From the NCBI GenBank assembly GCA_965223545.1, contig OZ245006.1, forward strand, positions 2,592,001-2,656,000: DNA of 64,000 nt, read 5' to 3'. Under the pieces are notes generated by a model, which had not been told where the DNA came from, searched no databases, and worked only from the letters and a program-made list of their open reading frames with translations. The position numbers and the translations under genes are program-made. This stretch comes from Planctomycetota bacterium (GTDB lineage Bacteria > Planctomycetota > UBA1135 > UBA2386). Of the stretch, positions 1 through 9,074 are shown piece after piece (position 1 is the stretch's first letter; the number at the start of each line of letters is the position of its first letter).

Positions 1-266
1 CTCACGCGCGCGGCGATCTCTCGCGCAAGTGTGGTTTTGCCTACTGCGCCTGCGGCAGACACGATCACGACGTGTGCTTCCCGGGGTTGCTCGACGTCGC
101 GGCGCAGTGCTAGCTGAGGAGGAACGAACTCCGGCAGCCCGCGCTCTATGTAGGTGATCCCGGGATTCTCGTTCTGAATCTCGAATCGGGATGCGAGCGT
201 GAAGCCAGAAATCCCTGATATGAACTCCTCAAAGCTGAGCAAACGGTCATCCTGATTCTCACGCAT
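1..266 (-). CDS. N-terminus of a P-loop NTPase (STAND/AAA-like), runs off the left edge of the window
   Basis: Not in ORF track; manual translation from ATG at 266: MRENQDDRLLSFEEFISG...HVVIVSAAGAVGKTTLAREIAARV, a hydrophobic strand plus Walker A; visibly lower GC than core genes. Confidence 0.7.
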   Translation of the reverse strand, partial: MRENQDDRLLSFEEFISGISGFTLASRFEIQNENPGITYIERGLPEFVPPQLALRRDVEQPREAHVVIVSAAGAVGKTTLAREIAARV

Positions 267-603
267 TGTGTGGACCTGTATCGCGAAGTAGAGGTCTCTG
301 ACGGCGGCGTCACTGTGCACCGTTGGTGGTCGTTGTCGAGCCAAGATTCTACGCTCCTGACCGCGTAGAACTCACGGTTCTCAGCACGCGCAGCCCTCGA
401 CACATGCTTCGATCGCATCGACCGCCGCCTCAAGGGAGCCTCGAGGGTGTCCTTCATGCTCTCGGCGAGGTCGGAGTGGTCGGAGAACTTCGCCGACCTC
501 AGCGCGCGGAGTTCCTGCTCCAACCCCTCGGGCCAGTCGACGGACGCTTGGGGGAGGGGGGACCCATTGCGGAAGAAGCTACGGCGAGCCCCCCCAGCCC
601 GAA

Positions 604-641
604 CATGATGGTTGTCATCGTCAGGTTCGTCATTGTCAACA
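604..641 (-). mobile_element. Putative transposon terminus (TGT-starting end with internal repeats)
   Basis: Minus strand from 641 reads TGTTGACAATGACGAACCTGACGATGACAACCATCATG; TGACRATGAC occurs twice 15 bp apart (629-638, 614-623); it abuts the point where GNAT-like sequence begins. Confidence 0.45.
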
Positions 642-805
642 GACGCCTTACTCTTTGGACGAACGACGCTCTCACCGCTACCCGTCGAATCTACGAGCAA
701 GCCGGGTTCCGCTTGGTGAAGGAAGAACCCCACCACAGCTTCGGCCACGATCTGGTTGGTCAAGACTGGGAGCTCGACTTGACCAACCGTCCGCACGTCC
801 GCTGA
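641..805 (+). pseudogene. 3' remnant of a (MarR-)GNAT acetyltransferase gene
   Basis: [47 protein letters not shown] resembles the conserved C-terminus of MarR-GNAT proteins; upstream in-frame sequence is unrelated. Confidence 0.7.
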
Positions 806-879
806 CCGATCGTCAGCGGAGCACGTCTCCCTACATCTCGAACTCGCGACACTCGGCCAAGCGGCCGTCGGAGCCGCAA

Positions 880-1611
880 TCAAACACTCGGCGGCGACCG
901 CCGCCAATTGATCGCGCTCCGCAGCACACCGCGCGGCGCGTTCACCGCGGGAGTCGGCAATGCAGCGTCCTGCGCGCGCCGCTCCAGCACCTCACCCCAC
1001 GCCCATTCCTCGCCCACCGGGCAAGCGCAGCGCGCCGCGCACCGCGTCACACAGCCACCGGCACGCCGGTGCTGACCGCAGCGCTCTTCGTCGAGCACGC
1101 CGCTGTCCAACGCACCGGCCGGACACGCGACCACGCAACGACGCTCGCGGCAGTCGGTGCACGGCGGATCGGTCTCGCTCGCTCCTATGCCCGCCGGCGG
1201 AGCCTCGTCGACGAGGAGCGCACCGAGCACCCTCACCCAAGGCCCGAACTGCGGGTGCACCGGCCCCCGCAACAGCGGCGACACCGCCGCGATCCCGGCC
1301 TCCTCCGCCAGAACCCCGAACCGCAGCCACGCCTCGCGCCGGGGACACACGGCCACCACCGACGGTGCTCCGTCGGTCCGCGGCGCCAATTCAGCCTGCA
1401 GGCGGCCGGGCAGATCGGGATCGACCTCCCGATCGCCCGCGACGGCGAGCACCAAGGCGGTGCGCAAGTGCGGCCAGTGCTCGCCGATCCGATGCCCCGC
1501 CGATTGGCAGCGGTCGAACTGCCGCACGTCGACCACGCCAATCAGGTCGACGCCGTGCCGCGCAGCACGGCGGTGCGCGTCCTCCAGTAGAGATCCGGGC
1601 GAGAGCAGCAT
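880..1611 (-). CDS. Fe-S protein of the epoxyqueuosine reductase (QueG)-like / cobalamin-processing family
   Basis: HPQFGPWVRVLGALL motif followed by CTDC-x3-C-x3-CP and C-x3-C-x5-CPVG cysteine clusters. Confidence 0.65.
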   Translation of the reverse strand: MLLSPGSLLEDAHRRAARHGVDLIGVVDVRQFDRCQSAGHRIGEHWPHLRTALVLAVAGDREVDPDLPGRLQAELAPRTDGAPSVVAVCPRREAWLRFGVLAEEAGIAAVSPLLRGPVHPQFGPWVRVLGALLVDEAPPAGIGASETDPPCTDCRERRCVVACPAGALDSGVLDEERCGQHRRAGGCVTRCAARCACPVGEEWAWGEVLERRAQDAALPTPAVNAPRGVLRSAINWRRSPPSV

Positions 1612-1739
1612 GAGCCGGCAGGGCGGCGCGCTCGCGCACGCCGGGCCCCGTCTTTATTCGCCATGGACGACGCCGAGGCAACCCCCGGACTCCCAGCCCC
1701 CCGGCCGATTCCGCTGGACGGCCGCCGCCGCGACGGGCT

Positions 1740-1902
1740 AGCCTTGGTGCTTCGTTCGTGTGCCAGGGAAGTCCGGTGCAAGGCCGGCGCTGTCCCGCAG
1801 CTGTAACCGAGGACGAAAGCCGTGGAATGCCACCGGCGCGCGTGTGTCACCGCGCCGGGAAGGTGCGGTGAGTAGGACGATCCGGAAGCCAGAAGACCTC
1901 GG
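1740..1902 (+). ncRNA. Cobalamin riboswitch
   Basis: AGGGAA (1765), CCGGTGCAAGGCCGG stem, CTGTCCCGCAGCTGTAA, GCCACCGG...CCGGGAAGG, and B12 box AAGCCAGAAGACCT (1886-1899); upstream of CDS at 1959. Confidence 0.92.
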
Positions 1903-1958
1903 CGCGCATCGTTTCAACCCATGGAGCCGCGGCGCGAGGAAACGCCGCGGGTTGTGTC

Positions 1959-3281
1959 ATGCGACGACTCGCCTACGCGATGTGGGCTACCGCGGCCGGT
2001 CTGTCCGCCGCCCAGCCGATTCCCCAGGTGCGCGAGGGCTACGCCCAGGAGCTGCGCCTCGACGAGAGCACCAATCCGACCGCGTTCACCACGTTTACCG
2101 TGGACCGGAACGGTCTGGTCTACGCCGGCATCGCCGGCCAGGTGGTGGCAATCGATGCCACCGGCAACCGCACGCTGGTGCACGCACTGCCGCCGAACAG
2201 CAGCGTCGGCTTCCTCCACATCACGCCGACCGAGCTCGTCTTCGGCGACTTCGGCACGTCGATCTGGCGGCTGGATCTGGCCACCGGTGCCGTCCAGTCC
2301 GGCAGCATGCCGGCGTTCACCTATGACGTCGTGGTCACCCCCGGCGGGGCACTGTTGGCCAGCGCTGTACCCGGCCTGCTGTCCGGCGGCGACGCCGGCA
2401 TTTGGCTGGTGGACATGGCGGGCGGGCAGCACCGCGAGGTCGTCACCCTTTCCGGACCCTCGGGACCGATCACCATGGGCCCTGGCGGGGAGCTCTACTA
2501 CGCGACCCAGGTGTGGACCTTTCCCACGCCGGCGGGCAGCGTCGACCTGCTGCGCTTCGACGGCGCGACCCTGGCGGCGGCGATCGCCGGCGGGCCACCG
2601 CTGACCAGCGCAAGCGCGAGCGTCGCGGTGCGCGGATTGGATGGCGCCTTCGACCTGGCACGCGACGACCGCGGCCGCATCTACATCAGCGATCCGCAGC
2701 ACGGCGACGTGCGCCGCACTCTGCCGGGAGCCGCCGGCGTCGATCCGAGCGCGTTCGTACCGCGCCCGACCGGCCCGATCGTGCCCGGCGCCCTGCACCT
2801 CAGCTACATCGAGGCCGGCGCCGCCACCTTCGATCCGTTCCAACCCGACACCGGCGGCACGCTGTACGCCTCGTTCTCCGACTTCGCATCGATTGCCGAA
2901 GTGCACCAGGTCCGCACTGCCCGTCCGGGCTTGGTGTCGGCGCCCTCCAGCCCGGCGCCGCCCGGCAACGTGCAGTTCGGCCTCGATGGGCTGCCGCCGC
3001 TCGCCGCGGTCGCGCTCTGCTTCAGCGACCGCCCCGCCGTGCCCGAGTCTCCCCTGCTCGTGCTGTCCGGCACGCCGGTGTGGAATGGGCTCGACTGGCG
3101 CACTCCGCCCGTAGTCGTCCCGCTGCTCGCGTCGAGCACCGGCCTGGCGAGCACCGTCATCCGCAACCCCGGTGGCACGGCATTGACCTTGGCGTGCCAG
3201 GCCTACGCCCTGCGTTCGGTCGCCGGGAGTGGTAACGAAGTCGGCAGCACACCGGTCTACACTCTGACAGTGCTCCCCTGA
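1959..3281 (+). CDS. Secreted beta-propeller-like protein with lineage-type C-terminal domain; candidate corrinoid-binding surface protein
   Basis: Signal peptide (MRRLAYAMWATAAGLSAAQ), repeated propeller-blade-like motifs (GPITMGPGGELYY, DLARDDRGRIYISD), downstream of B12 riboswitch. Confidence 0.7.
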   Translation: MRRLAYAMWATAAGLSAAQPIPQVREGYAQELRLDESTNPTAFTTFTVDRNGLVYAGIAGQVVAIDATGNRTLVHALPPNSSVGFLHITPTELVFGDFGTSIWRLDLATGAVQSGSMPAFTYDVVVTPGGALLASAVPGLLSGGDAGIWLVDMAGGQHREVVTLSGPSGPITMGPGGELYYATQVWTFPTPAGSVDLLRFDGATLAAAIAGGPPLTSASASVAVRGLDGAFDLARDDRGRIYISDPQHGDVRRTLPGAAGVDPSAFVPRPTGPIVPGALHLSYIEAGAATFDPFQPDTGGTLYASFSDFASIAEVHQVRTARPGLVSAPSSPAPPGNVQFGLDGLPPLAAVALCFSDRPAVPESPLLVLSGTPVWNGLDWRTPPVVVPLLASSTGLASTVIRNPGGTALTLACQAYALRSVAGSGNEVGSTPVYTLTVLP

Positions 3282-3318
3282 CCCCGCCGGGTGAGCCGGC
3301 CACTGACGATCGCCTGAC

Positions 3319-6033
3319 TTGCTCCGCATCACCGCCGTCGCGTGCCTGATCATCGCCCTGGTAGTGGCGGTCTGGCTGTCCGCAGGTGCGGTCGGCGATG
3401 CGCCGGTCGAACCGACGCGCGCGGCGACGCCGACCGGGGCGTCGGGCACAGCGATCCCCATCGCGGGCGGCGAGCCCGAGCGCGTCGCGGTGGCCGAGCC
3501 CGGCGCAAGCGAGTCGGGCGCGGGGAGCCGCGCCACCGCCACAGCACAGCTCGAGGTACGTGGCAGGGTCCTCGGCGCGGGCGATCAACCGCTCGCGGGG
3601 GCGACCGTGCGCTGCCGGACGAGGGCCACCGCCGCCAGTCCGGACGGCGCGCCGGCGGCTTCCGATTCTTGGTCGGAAGCGACCACGGCCCGCGATGGCG
3701 GCTTCGCACTGTGGGCGCCGCACTTGGCCGGGGCCACGCTGACGCTCTTGGTCGCGCACGCCGAGCACGCCCCGTTGCACGCGATGCGCACCAACGTCGC
3801 ACCCGACGCGCGCGCCGTCGACTTCGGCGACCTGCGGCTGTCGCGCGGGGGCGAGGTCGACGGGCGCGTGGTCGATGCGCACGACAATGGAATCGCGGGC
3901 GCAAGAGTGCGACTCGATGCCGAGCACAGGTCGGGCTCGAGCCGGCGCCGCGCGGAGGGCCTGCAACCGGTCGAGGTGACGACCGACGCCAGCGGCGGGT
4001 TTCACGCGCGTCATCTGCCGGCCGGCAGCTACCACGCCGATGTCCGCGCCGACGGCTACCTGCAGCGGCTCGGTGAGCCGTTCGAGATCGCCGAAGAACA
4101 GCGCACCACGCTGCCGGCGATCCAGCTGGCCGCCGGTGCAGTGCTGCACGGCGTGGTCACCGACGATCGCGGCGCGGCGATCGCCGACGCCGAAGTGCGC
4201 ATCGATTTCACCACCGACAGCGGCAGTCGCCGCAACCACCGCGTCGACACCGACGCGCACGGGAGCTTTCGCTTGCCGCACTGCCCGGCGGCCGCCGTCG
4301 AGTTGCGCGTGCGCGCAACCGGCTATCTCAGCTTCGAAGAACGCGCAGCCGATCCGCGGCGCAGCCCGTGGACGATCACGCTGCAGCCGGGCTTGGCCGC
4401 GCGCGGCCGCGTCGTCGACGCGCGCACGGGCGCTCCCGTGCTGCACTACGCCGCCGCGATCCGGCGGATCGCGGCGCTCACCGACGCCGACCGACGGCGG
4501 GCCCGGCTCGACAGCGAGCTGGCGACGCTGGCCGGCGCGGCAGCGGAGGCGCAGCGCCGCGGTGACGCGCGGGCCGCCGCCGCGCTGGAGCGGCGGATCG
4601 AAGAGCTGCGCGGAGTGCGCGACCGCAGCGTGGCCAGCGCCGACGACGCGCTGCGTTACTCCCCGCGGCGGCCGCGCCGCCGCGCGCTGCCGCCGGCGGC
4701 GGCGCATCCCGGCGGCGCCTTCGAGTTCTCGGGGCTCGACGAGGGCATCTACGTCGTCGACGTGGCGTCCGACGCCCACATCCTGACCTGTACTCCGCCG
4801 TTCGCGTTGACGCGACATCGCGCGCTCGACCCGCTGCAGGTCGCCCTCGAACCCGGCTTGCGCGTCGCGGGCGTCGTGTCGGCGGCGCCGGGTGGCGACG
4901 GGATCGCCGGCGTCCGCATCGGCCTCGTCGACCTGTCGGAGGCGACCGACCGCCCGCGGCTGGAAGTCGGGAGCACGCCGGAGCGCCGAGCGCCGATCGG
5001 CCGGACGATCGCCGAGTGCGAGTCCACGGCCGACGGCAGCTTCGCGTTGCCGCCGGTCGAGCCGGGGCGCTATGCGTTGCGGGCGGTCCGCGGCCGGTTT
5101 GCCGCCACCGACACGGCTCCATTCGAGCTGCGCACCGACCGCAGCGACGTGGTCCTCGAGCTGCGCGCGCTGGCCGCGCTGTACGGCACGGTGCACCGGC
5201 CGGCACCCGGTGCGACGGTGCGCGTGACGGTGTTTGGCGGCGCCGGCCGGTCGCGCAGCACGACCGCGCACAGCGACGGCTCGTTCGTGTTCGAAGAGCT
5301 CGAACCGGGCGGCTACCTGGTGTTCGCCTACTCGACCTCCTTTCAACCCACCTACCTGCGCCGACTCGTCGACGCGTACCGCGAGAGCGCGGTGCCGCGC
5401 GCTGACGTGGTGCTGTCCCCGGGCGCGCGCGTCCGGTTCGATCCGCCCCTGCACGTCGAGCACCTCGGCATCGTCGCCGGCACGGCACTCGTCGATGGGG
5501 CGCCGCGCGCGGGGCTGTCGGTCGAGCTGTTGCCCGAGCGACAGGCGCGGCACCCGGTGGCCGCCGAAATGGAGATCGGCATTCGCTCTCGGGCGACCAC
5601 CGACACCGAAGGCGGATTCCGCATCGACGCGGTCCCCGAGGGCTCGTACCAGCTCATCGTCCGCACCGGCGAGAGCCCGTTCTTGGTGCTGCACGCGCGC
5701 GACGTGGCAGTCGCGCGCGACGCCGAAACCTGGCTTTCGCTGACGATCCAAACCGCGCAGATCCGGCTGCAGCTCGTCGACGCGGCGAGCGAACCCGTCG
5801 ATGCGACCGGCCGCATGCTCCTGCGCGGGGGCGCCGAGGGACCGGACACCGACGCGCGGGCATTTCCAATTCGCGCCGGAGTCGGCACCATGGTCGATCT
5901 GATGCCGGGGCGGTACCAAGCTCGACTGCAGCTCGACGACGGTCGCGTCGTCGAGCGCGAGATCGTGCTCCACCCCGGCGACAATCAGACGTCGTATCCT
6001 GTCGTTGCCCCGGCATCGCGCCGCCAGCCGTGA
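3319..6033 (+). CDS. Membrane-anchored protein with multiple carboxypeptidase-regulatory-like (transthyretin-fold) repeats
   Basis: N-terminal TM helix; repeated GRVVD-x-G-x-PIAGA-x-V ... TD-x2-G-x-F ... L-x2-G-x-Y motifs. Confidence 0.8.
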   Translation: MLRITAVACLIIALVVAVWLSAGAVGDAPVEPTRAATPTGASGTAIPIAGGEPERVAVAEPGASESGAGSRATATAQLEVRGRVLGAGDQPLAGATVRCRTRATAASPDGAPAASDSWSEATTARDGGFALWAPHLAGATLTLLVAHAEHAPLHAMRTNVAPDARAVDFGDLRLSRGGEVDGRVVDAHDNGIAGARVRLDAEHRSGSSRRRAEGLQPVEVTTDASGGFHARHLPAGSYHADVRADGYLQRLGEPFEIAEEQRTTLPAIQLAAGAVLHGVVTDDRGAAIADAEVRIDFTTDSGSRRNHRVDTDAHGSFRLPHCPAAAVELRVRATGYLSFEERAADPRRSPWTITLQPGLAARGRVVDARTGAPVLHYAAAIRRIAALTDADRRRARLDSELATLAGAAAEAQRRGDARAAAALERRIEELRGVRDRSVASADDALRYSPRRPRRRALPPAAAHPGGAFEFSGLDEGIYVVDVASDAHILTCTPPFALTRHRALDPLQVALEPGLRVAGVVSAAPGGDGIAGVRIGLVDLSEATDRPRLEVGSTPERRAPIGRTIAECESTADGSFALPPVEPGRYALRAVRGRFAATDTAPFELRTDRSDVVLELRALAALYGTVHRPAPGATVRVTVFGGAGRSRSTTAHSDGSFVFEELEPGGYLVFAYSTSFQPTYLRRLVDAYRESAVPRADVVLSPGARVRFDPPLHVEHLGIVAGTALVDGAPRAGLSVELLPERQARHPVAAEMEIGIRSRATTDTEGGFRIDAVPEGSYQLIVRTGESPFLVLHARDVAVARDAETWLSLTIQTAQIRLQLVDAASEPVDATGRMLLRGGAEGPDTDARAFPIRAGVGTMVDLMPGRYQARLQLDDGRVVEREIVLHPGDNQTSYPVVAPASRRQP

Positions 6034-6050
6034 GGAGCCTCTCATTCGAA

Positions 6051-6817
6051 GTGTGACTGCGGTCCTCCTGACGCTGCTGATCGCTGCTCTCGCGGCGGTT
6101 GCCGGCTACGCCGTTCTCCACCTGTGGAACCGAGCGGCGGTGCCGACCACTGAGGAGTGGCAACTGCTCTCGCCGCCGGAGTCGACCCGCCCACCGCCGG
6201 TCGAGCTGAGGTTGGGCGAGGCACGCGTCGCGGCCGACGCCTCGGCGAAGCCCGCAGCGGCGCGCATCCGCGCGCCAGTCCGCCTGCAGCTGACCGCCGA
6301 AGGCGGCGGCGGGGTCGGGGTCGGCATCGTCGACGGCCACTCGGGCGCGCTGCTGGCCTGGCAGTCGATCGAGGACGGGGAACGCGCGGCGGAGCTGCGC
6401 GTCCCGCCGGGCGAGCACTTCGCCGTGGTGGCCGAGCGCCGCGATCGCGCCAGCGTGTCGTACTTGCACCGCGTGCCGGTGACGGTCGGCGAAGGGGCCG
6501 AGCCGGCGACCGCAACGCTCGACCCGCGCCGCCATCGGCTCAGCGTAGCGCTGGAGTGGCCCGCACTGCCGCCGGCGACGGTGCCCCTGCTGGTGGCCGA
6601 GCTGCGACGCAGCGACGACCCCGGCTGGTCACCCGGTCGTCGCGGTGGCGCCGCGGTGCCGCTGGCGGCCGGCGCCACGGGTGCACAAGCGACGCTGGAG
6701 CTCGGTGCCGGCCGCTACCAGTTGCTGCTCGACGGGGTCGCCGTCGACGACGGTGGGGTGCTCGAGTTCTCGGTGCCAGAGGACGCGGCGGTCACCGCGC
6801 GCTGCACACCGCGCTGA
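6051..6817 (+). CDS. Hypothetical membrane-anchored protein
   Basis: ORF 6005..6817 with N-terminal TM (VLLTLLIAALAAVAGYAVLHLW); start approximate; follows the previous gene closely. Confidence 0.6.
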
Positions 6818-6840
6818 ACCCGGCGGAGGAGGAGTTGAGA

Positions 6841-6874
6841 TGATGAGCGGGAGCCTGGCTCCGTACGTTCACTC
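6841..6874 (-). repeat. REP-like dispersed repeat (GAACGTACGGAGCCAGGCTC family)
   Basis: 32/34 identical to 26192-26225 in opposite orientation; lies between convergent genes. Confidence 0.8.
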
Positions 6875-7741
6875 GTCGCGGGAGACTCGGGCTAGCTCGC
6901 CGTTGGTCATGCGGTAGAGGTTGGGGGTGATCGGGTGCGCGGATTGGGCCGCCTGCTTTTGGTTGAGGTCCATCAGGGCGGACACGTCGGACTCGCTCTC
7001 GGTCCCCAGCCAGAGCACGTCGCGCTCGGGCATCGCGACCAGGAGGCCCTCGACCTGCTCGGGATCGAGCAGGAGGACGCGCGCCGCGTCGAAGCCATCG
7101 CCGGTGCGCAGGAGCACCGGCTCGCCCTCGGCGTCGGGCAGCGGCACGGCCGCGCCGGCCATCTGGTGCAGGTTGCGCGTCGCAAGGTGGAAGAGGTCTT
7201 CCTCGCAGCGGCCCCACTGCCGCAGGTGGGCTCGGCAGATGAAGGTCATGCACCAGGGCTCGTCGATCACGTAGCACACGACGAGGTCGTCGGTGAACGG
7301 GCGGTGGACCAACGCGCGGTCGCCGAATTGGCCGCCGTGCTCCTCGACCCAGGACCGCGACCGAATCTGCGGCAGCACGTTGGCGGCGGCGTCGGCGAAG
7401 TCGTGGTCGGAGGGCTGGTCGACCCCCTCCTGCTCGAGCTCGGCCAAGAAGCGCGTCACCGACTCCGAGAAGTTGTCGGGAAACGCCTCATACCGGCGAA
7501 ACAGGTGGTGCAGCGACGCCGGCAACTCCTGGCCGCGCACCGCGAACACCGCGGCGAAGCGGCCGGGGATCATGCCGCGCAGCTCGAACTGGGGGTGCTT
7601 TCGGACGTGCTCCTCGAGCACTCGCAGAAAGGCCTGCACCTCCTTGGGGATCGTCACCGGCCGGTAGCGACGGCGGGCAGCCGAGAACACCATCGCCCCG
7701 CAGAACGACAGTGCGACCCAGCCGGCGATCACCCAACCCAT
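6869..7741 (-). CDS. DUF1444 (YtpQ-like) family protein with N-terminal TM
   Basis: VLPQIRS...[12 protein letters not shown]...LFHLATRNL...[11 protein letters not shown]...VAMPERDVL motifs; GGGGAG RBS before ATG 7741. Confidence 0.65.
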   Translation of the reverse strand: MGWVIAGWVALSFCGAMVFSAARRRYRPVTIPKEVQAFLRVLEEHVRKHPQFELRGMIPGRFAAVFAVRGQELPASLHHLFRRYEAFPDNFSESVTRFLAELEQEGVDQPSDHDFADAAANVLPQIRSRSWVEEHGGQFGDRALVHRPFTDDLVVCYVIDEPWCMTFICRAHLRQWGRCEEDLFHLATRNLHQMAGAAVPLPDAEGEPVLLRTGDGFDAARVLLLDPEQVEGLLVAMPERDVLWLGTESESDVSALMDLNQKQAAQSAHPITPNLYRMTNGELARVSRDE

Positions 7742-7919
7742 GCGCTCCCCATCGGCGTTCGGGCGGCATGGCTGGAATCCGGCCCTGAGAAGTCTCACAT
7801 CCGTCCCGCCGCAGCTCTCGACAGCCCGCCACCGGGCCGGCGATGGCATGGTCGGATGGGCATCGCGGATCGATGGCTGGCACCCCGCGCCGGGCGCGGC
7901 TCAAATGCCGGCAAGCACC

Positions 7920-9074
7920 ATGGGCCAAGAGCCGATCTACCTGGACAACGCCGCCACCACGCGGCCGCTCGAAGCCGTCGTCGACGCGATGCGCCGCGTC
8001 CACTTGGACCACTTCGGCAACCCCTCGTCGACGCACGCCTTCGGGCAAGCCCCGAGGAAGGCGTTGTTGGATGCGCGCGAGTTCTTGCGCGGCACCGTCG
8101 GCGCCGCGCAGCTGACGTTCACGTCGGGCGGAACCGAAGCCGACCTGCTGGGCTTGCTCGGCGCCGTCGCCGAGCGCCCGCCGGGACGCGTGCTGGTCGG
8201 CGCCGCCGACCACCCCGCCATCCTGGCGCAGCGGCCGTGGCTCGCGCGCGGCCGCCATCGGCTGACGCCGGTGCCGGTCGACGCCGGCGGCACCATGGAG
8301 CCCGAAGCGCTGTTCGAGCTGCTGGGCAACGACGTCCGTGCGGTCGCCATCCTGCACGGCCACAACGAGCTCGGCGGCATGGCGCGCGTCGAGGAGCTGG
8401 CCTCGCTGTGCCGCCGGGTCGCGAAAGACGCGCACGTGCACGTCGACTTGGTGCAGACCTACGGCAAGGTCGCGTTCGACCTCGACCTCGCGGGGGTCGA
8501 CTCGGTCGCGGTTTCGGGGCACAAATTGCACGGTCCACGCGGCATCGGCTTCTTCGCCACCTCGAGCACAGCCAGGGTCACGCCCTTGCAGGCCGGCGGT
8601 GGACAAGAAGGCGGCCTGCGCGGCGGCACCGAGTACGTCGCGGGCGCGGTGGGGTTGGCCATCGCCGCCGAACAAGCCCTGAGCCACCTGTCGGATTCGG
8701 CCGCGCGGATGGAACGTCAACTGGACGATCTGCTGGCGGCCGTGCGCCGTGCACGACCCGACGCGGCACGGCTCGGTATCGAAGAGCGCCGGCTGCCGCA
8801 CATCCTGTCCTTGCACATTCCCGGCGTCGTTGGCGAGACGCTGCAGGAGCGCTGCAGCGCGCACGGGGTCGCGTTCTCCATCGGCTCGGCCTGCCACGCG
8901 GGCAAGGACACCGACAACCCCGTCCTGCGGGCCGCCGGCCTGTCGCGCCGCGAGGCGCGCGAAGTGATCCGCCTCTCCGTGTGCCCGCACACGAGCGACT
9001 CCGACTGCGACCGTGCCGGCACGGTGTTGGCCGACCAGGTCGAAGCGATGCTGCGGCAGGGGGTTCGTCGATGA
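7920..9074 (+). CDS. iscS: Cysteine desulfurase (IscS/NifS family, PLP-dependent)
   Basis: [33 protein letters not shown] (PLP Lys), GSACH (catalytic Cys); alternative start 7905. Confidence 0.9.
   Translation: MGQEPIYLDNAATTRPLEAVVDAMRRVHLDHFGNPSSTHAFGQAPRKALLDAREFLRGTVGAAQLTFTSGGTEADLLGLLGAVAERPPGRVLVGAADHPAILAQRPWLARGRHRLTPVPVDAGGTMEPEALFELLGNDVRAVAILHGHNELGGMARVEELASLCRRVAKDAHVHVDLVQTYGKVAFDLDLAGVDSVAVSGHKLHGPRGIGFFATSSTARVTPLQAGGGQEGGLRGGTEYVAGAVGLAIAAEQALSHLSDSAARMERQLDDLLAAVRRARPDAARLGIEERRLPHILSLHIPGVVGETLQERCSAHGVAFSIGSACHAGKDTDNPVLRAAGLSRREAREVIRLSVCPHTSDSDCDRAGTVLADQVEAMLRQGVRR

Noticed and set aside
323..640. N-terminal part of ORF 323..805 as a real protein
   Set aside because: No GNAT-like sequence before 641; it reads through the putative transposon end
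3157..6045. Long antisense or alternate-frame ORFs (also 33545..36697, 58464..61805, 20647..22920, 22781..26041, 47467..49725)
   Set aside because: Shadow ORFs expected in very high-GC DNA; Arg/Ala/Pro-rich, no motifs, and they overlap well-supported genes
6935..9070. 1578-aa ORF suggesting a long N-terminal extension on MutS
   Set aside because: The extension overlaps the DUF1444 gene (antisense) and the desulfurase (other frame); MutS motifs start at ATG 9071
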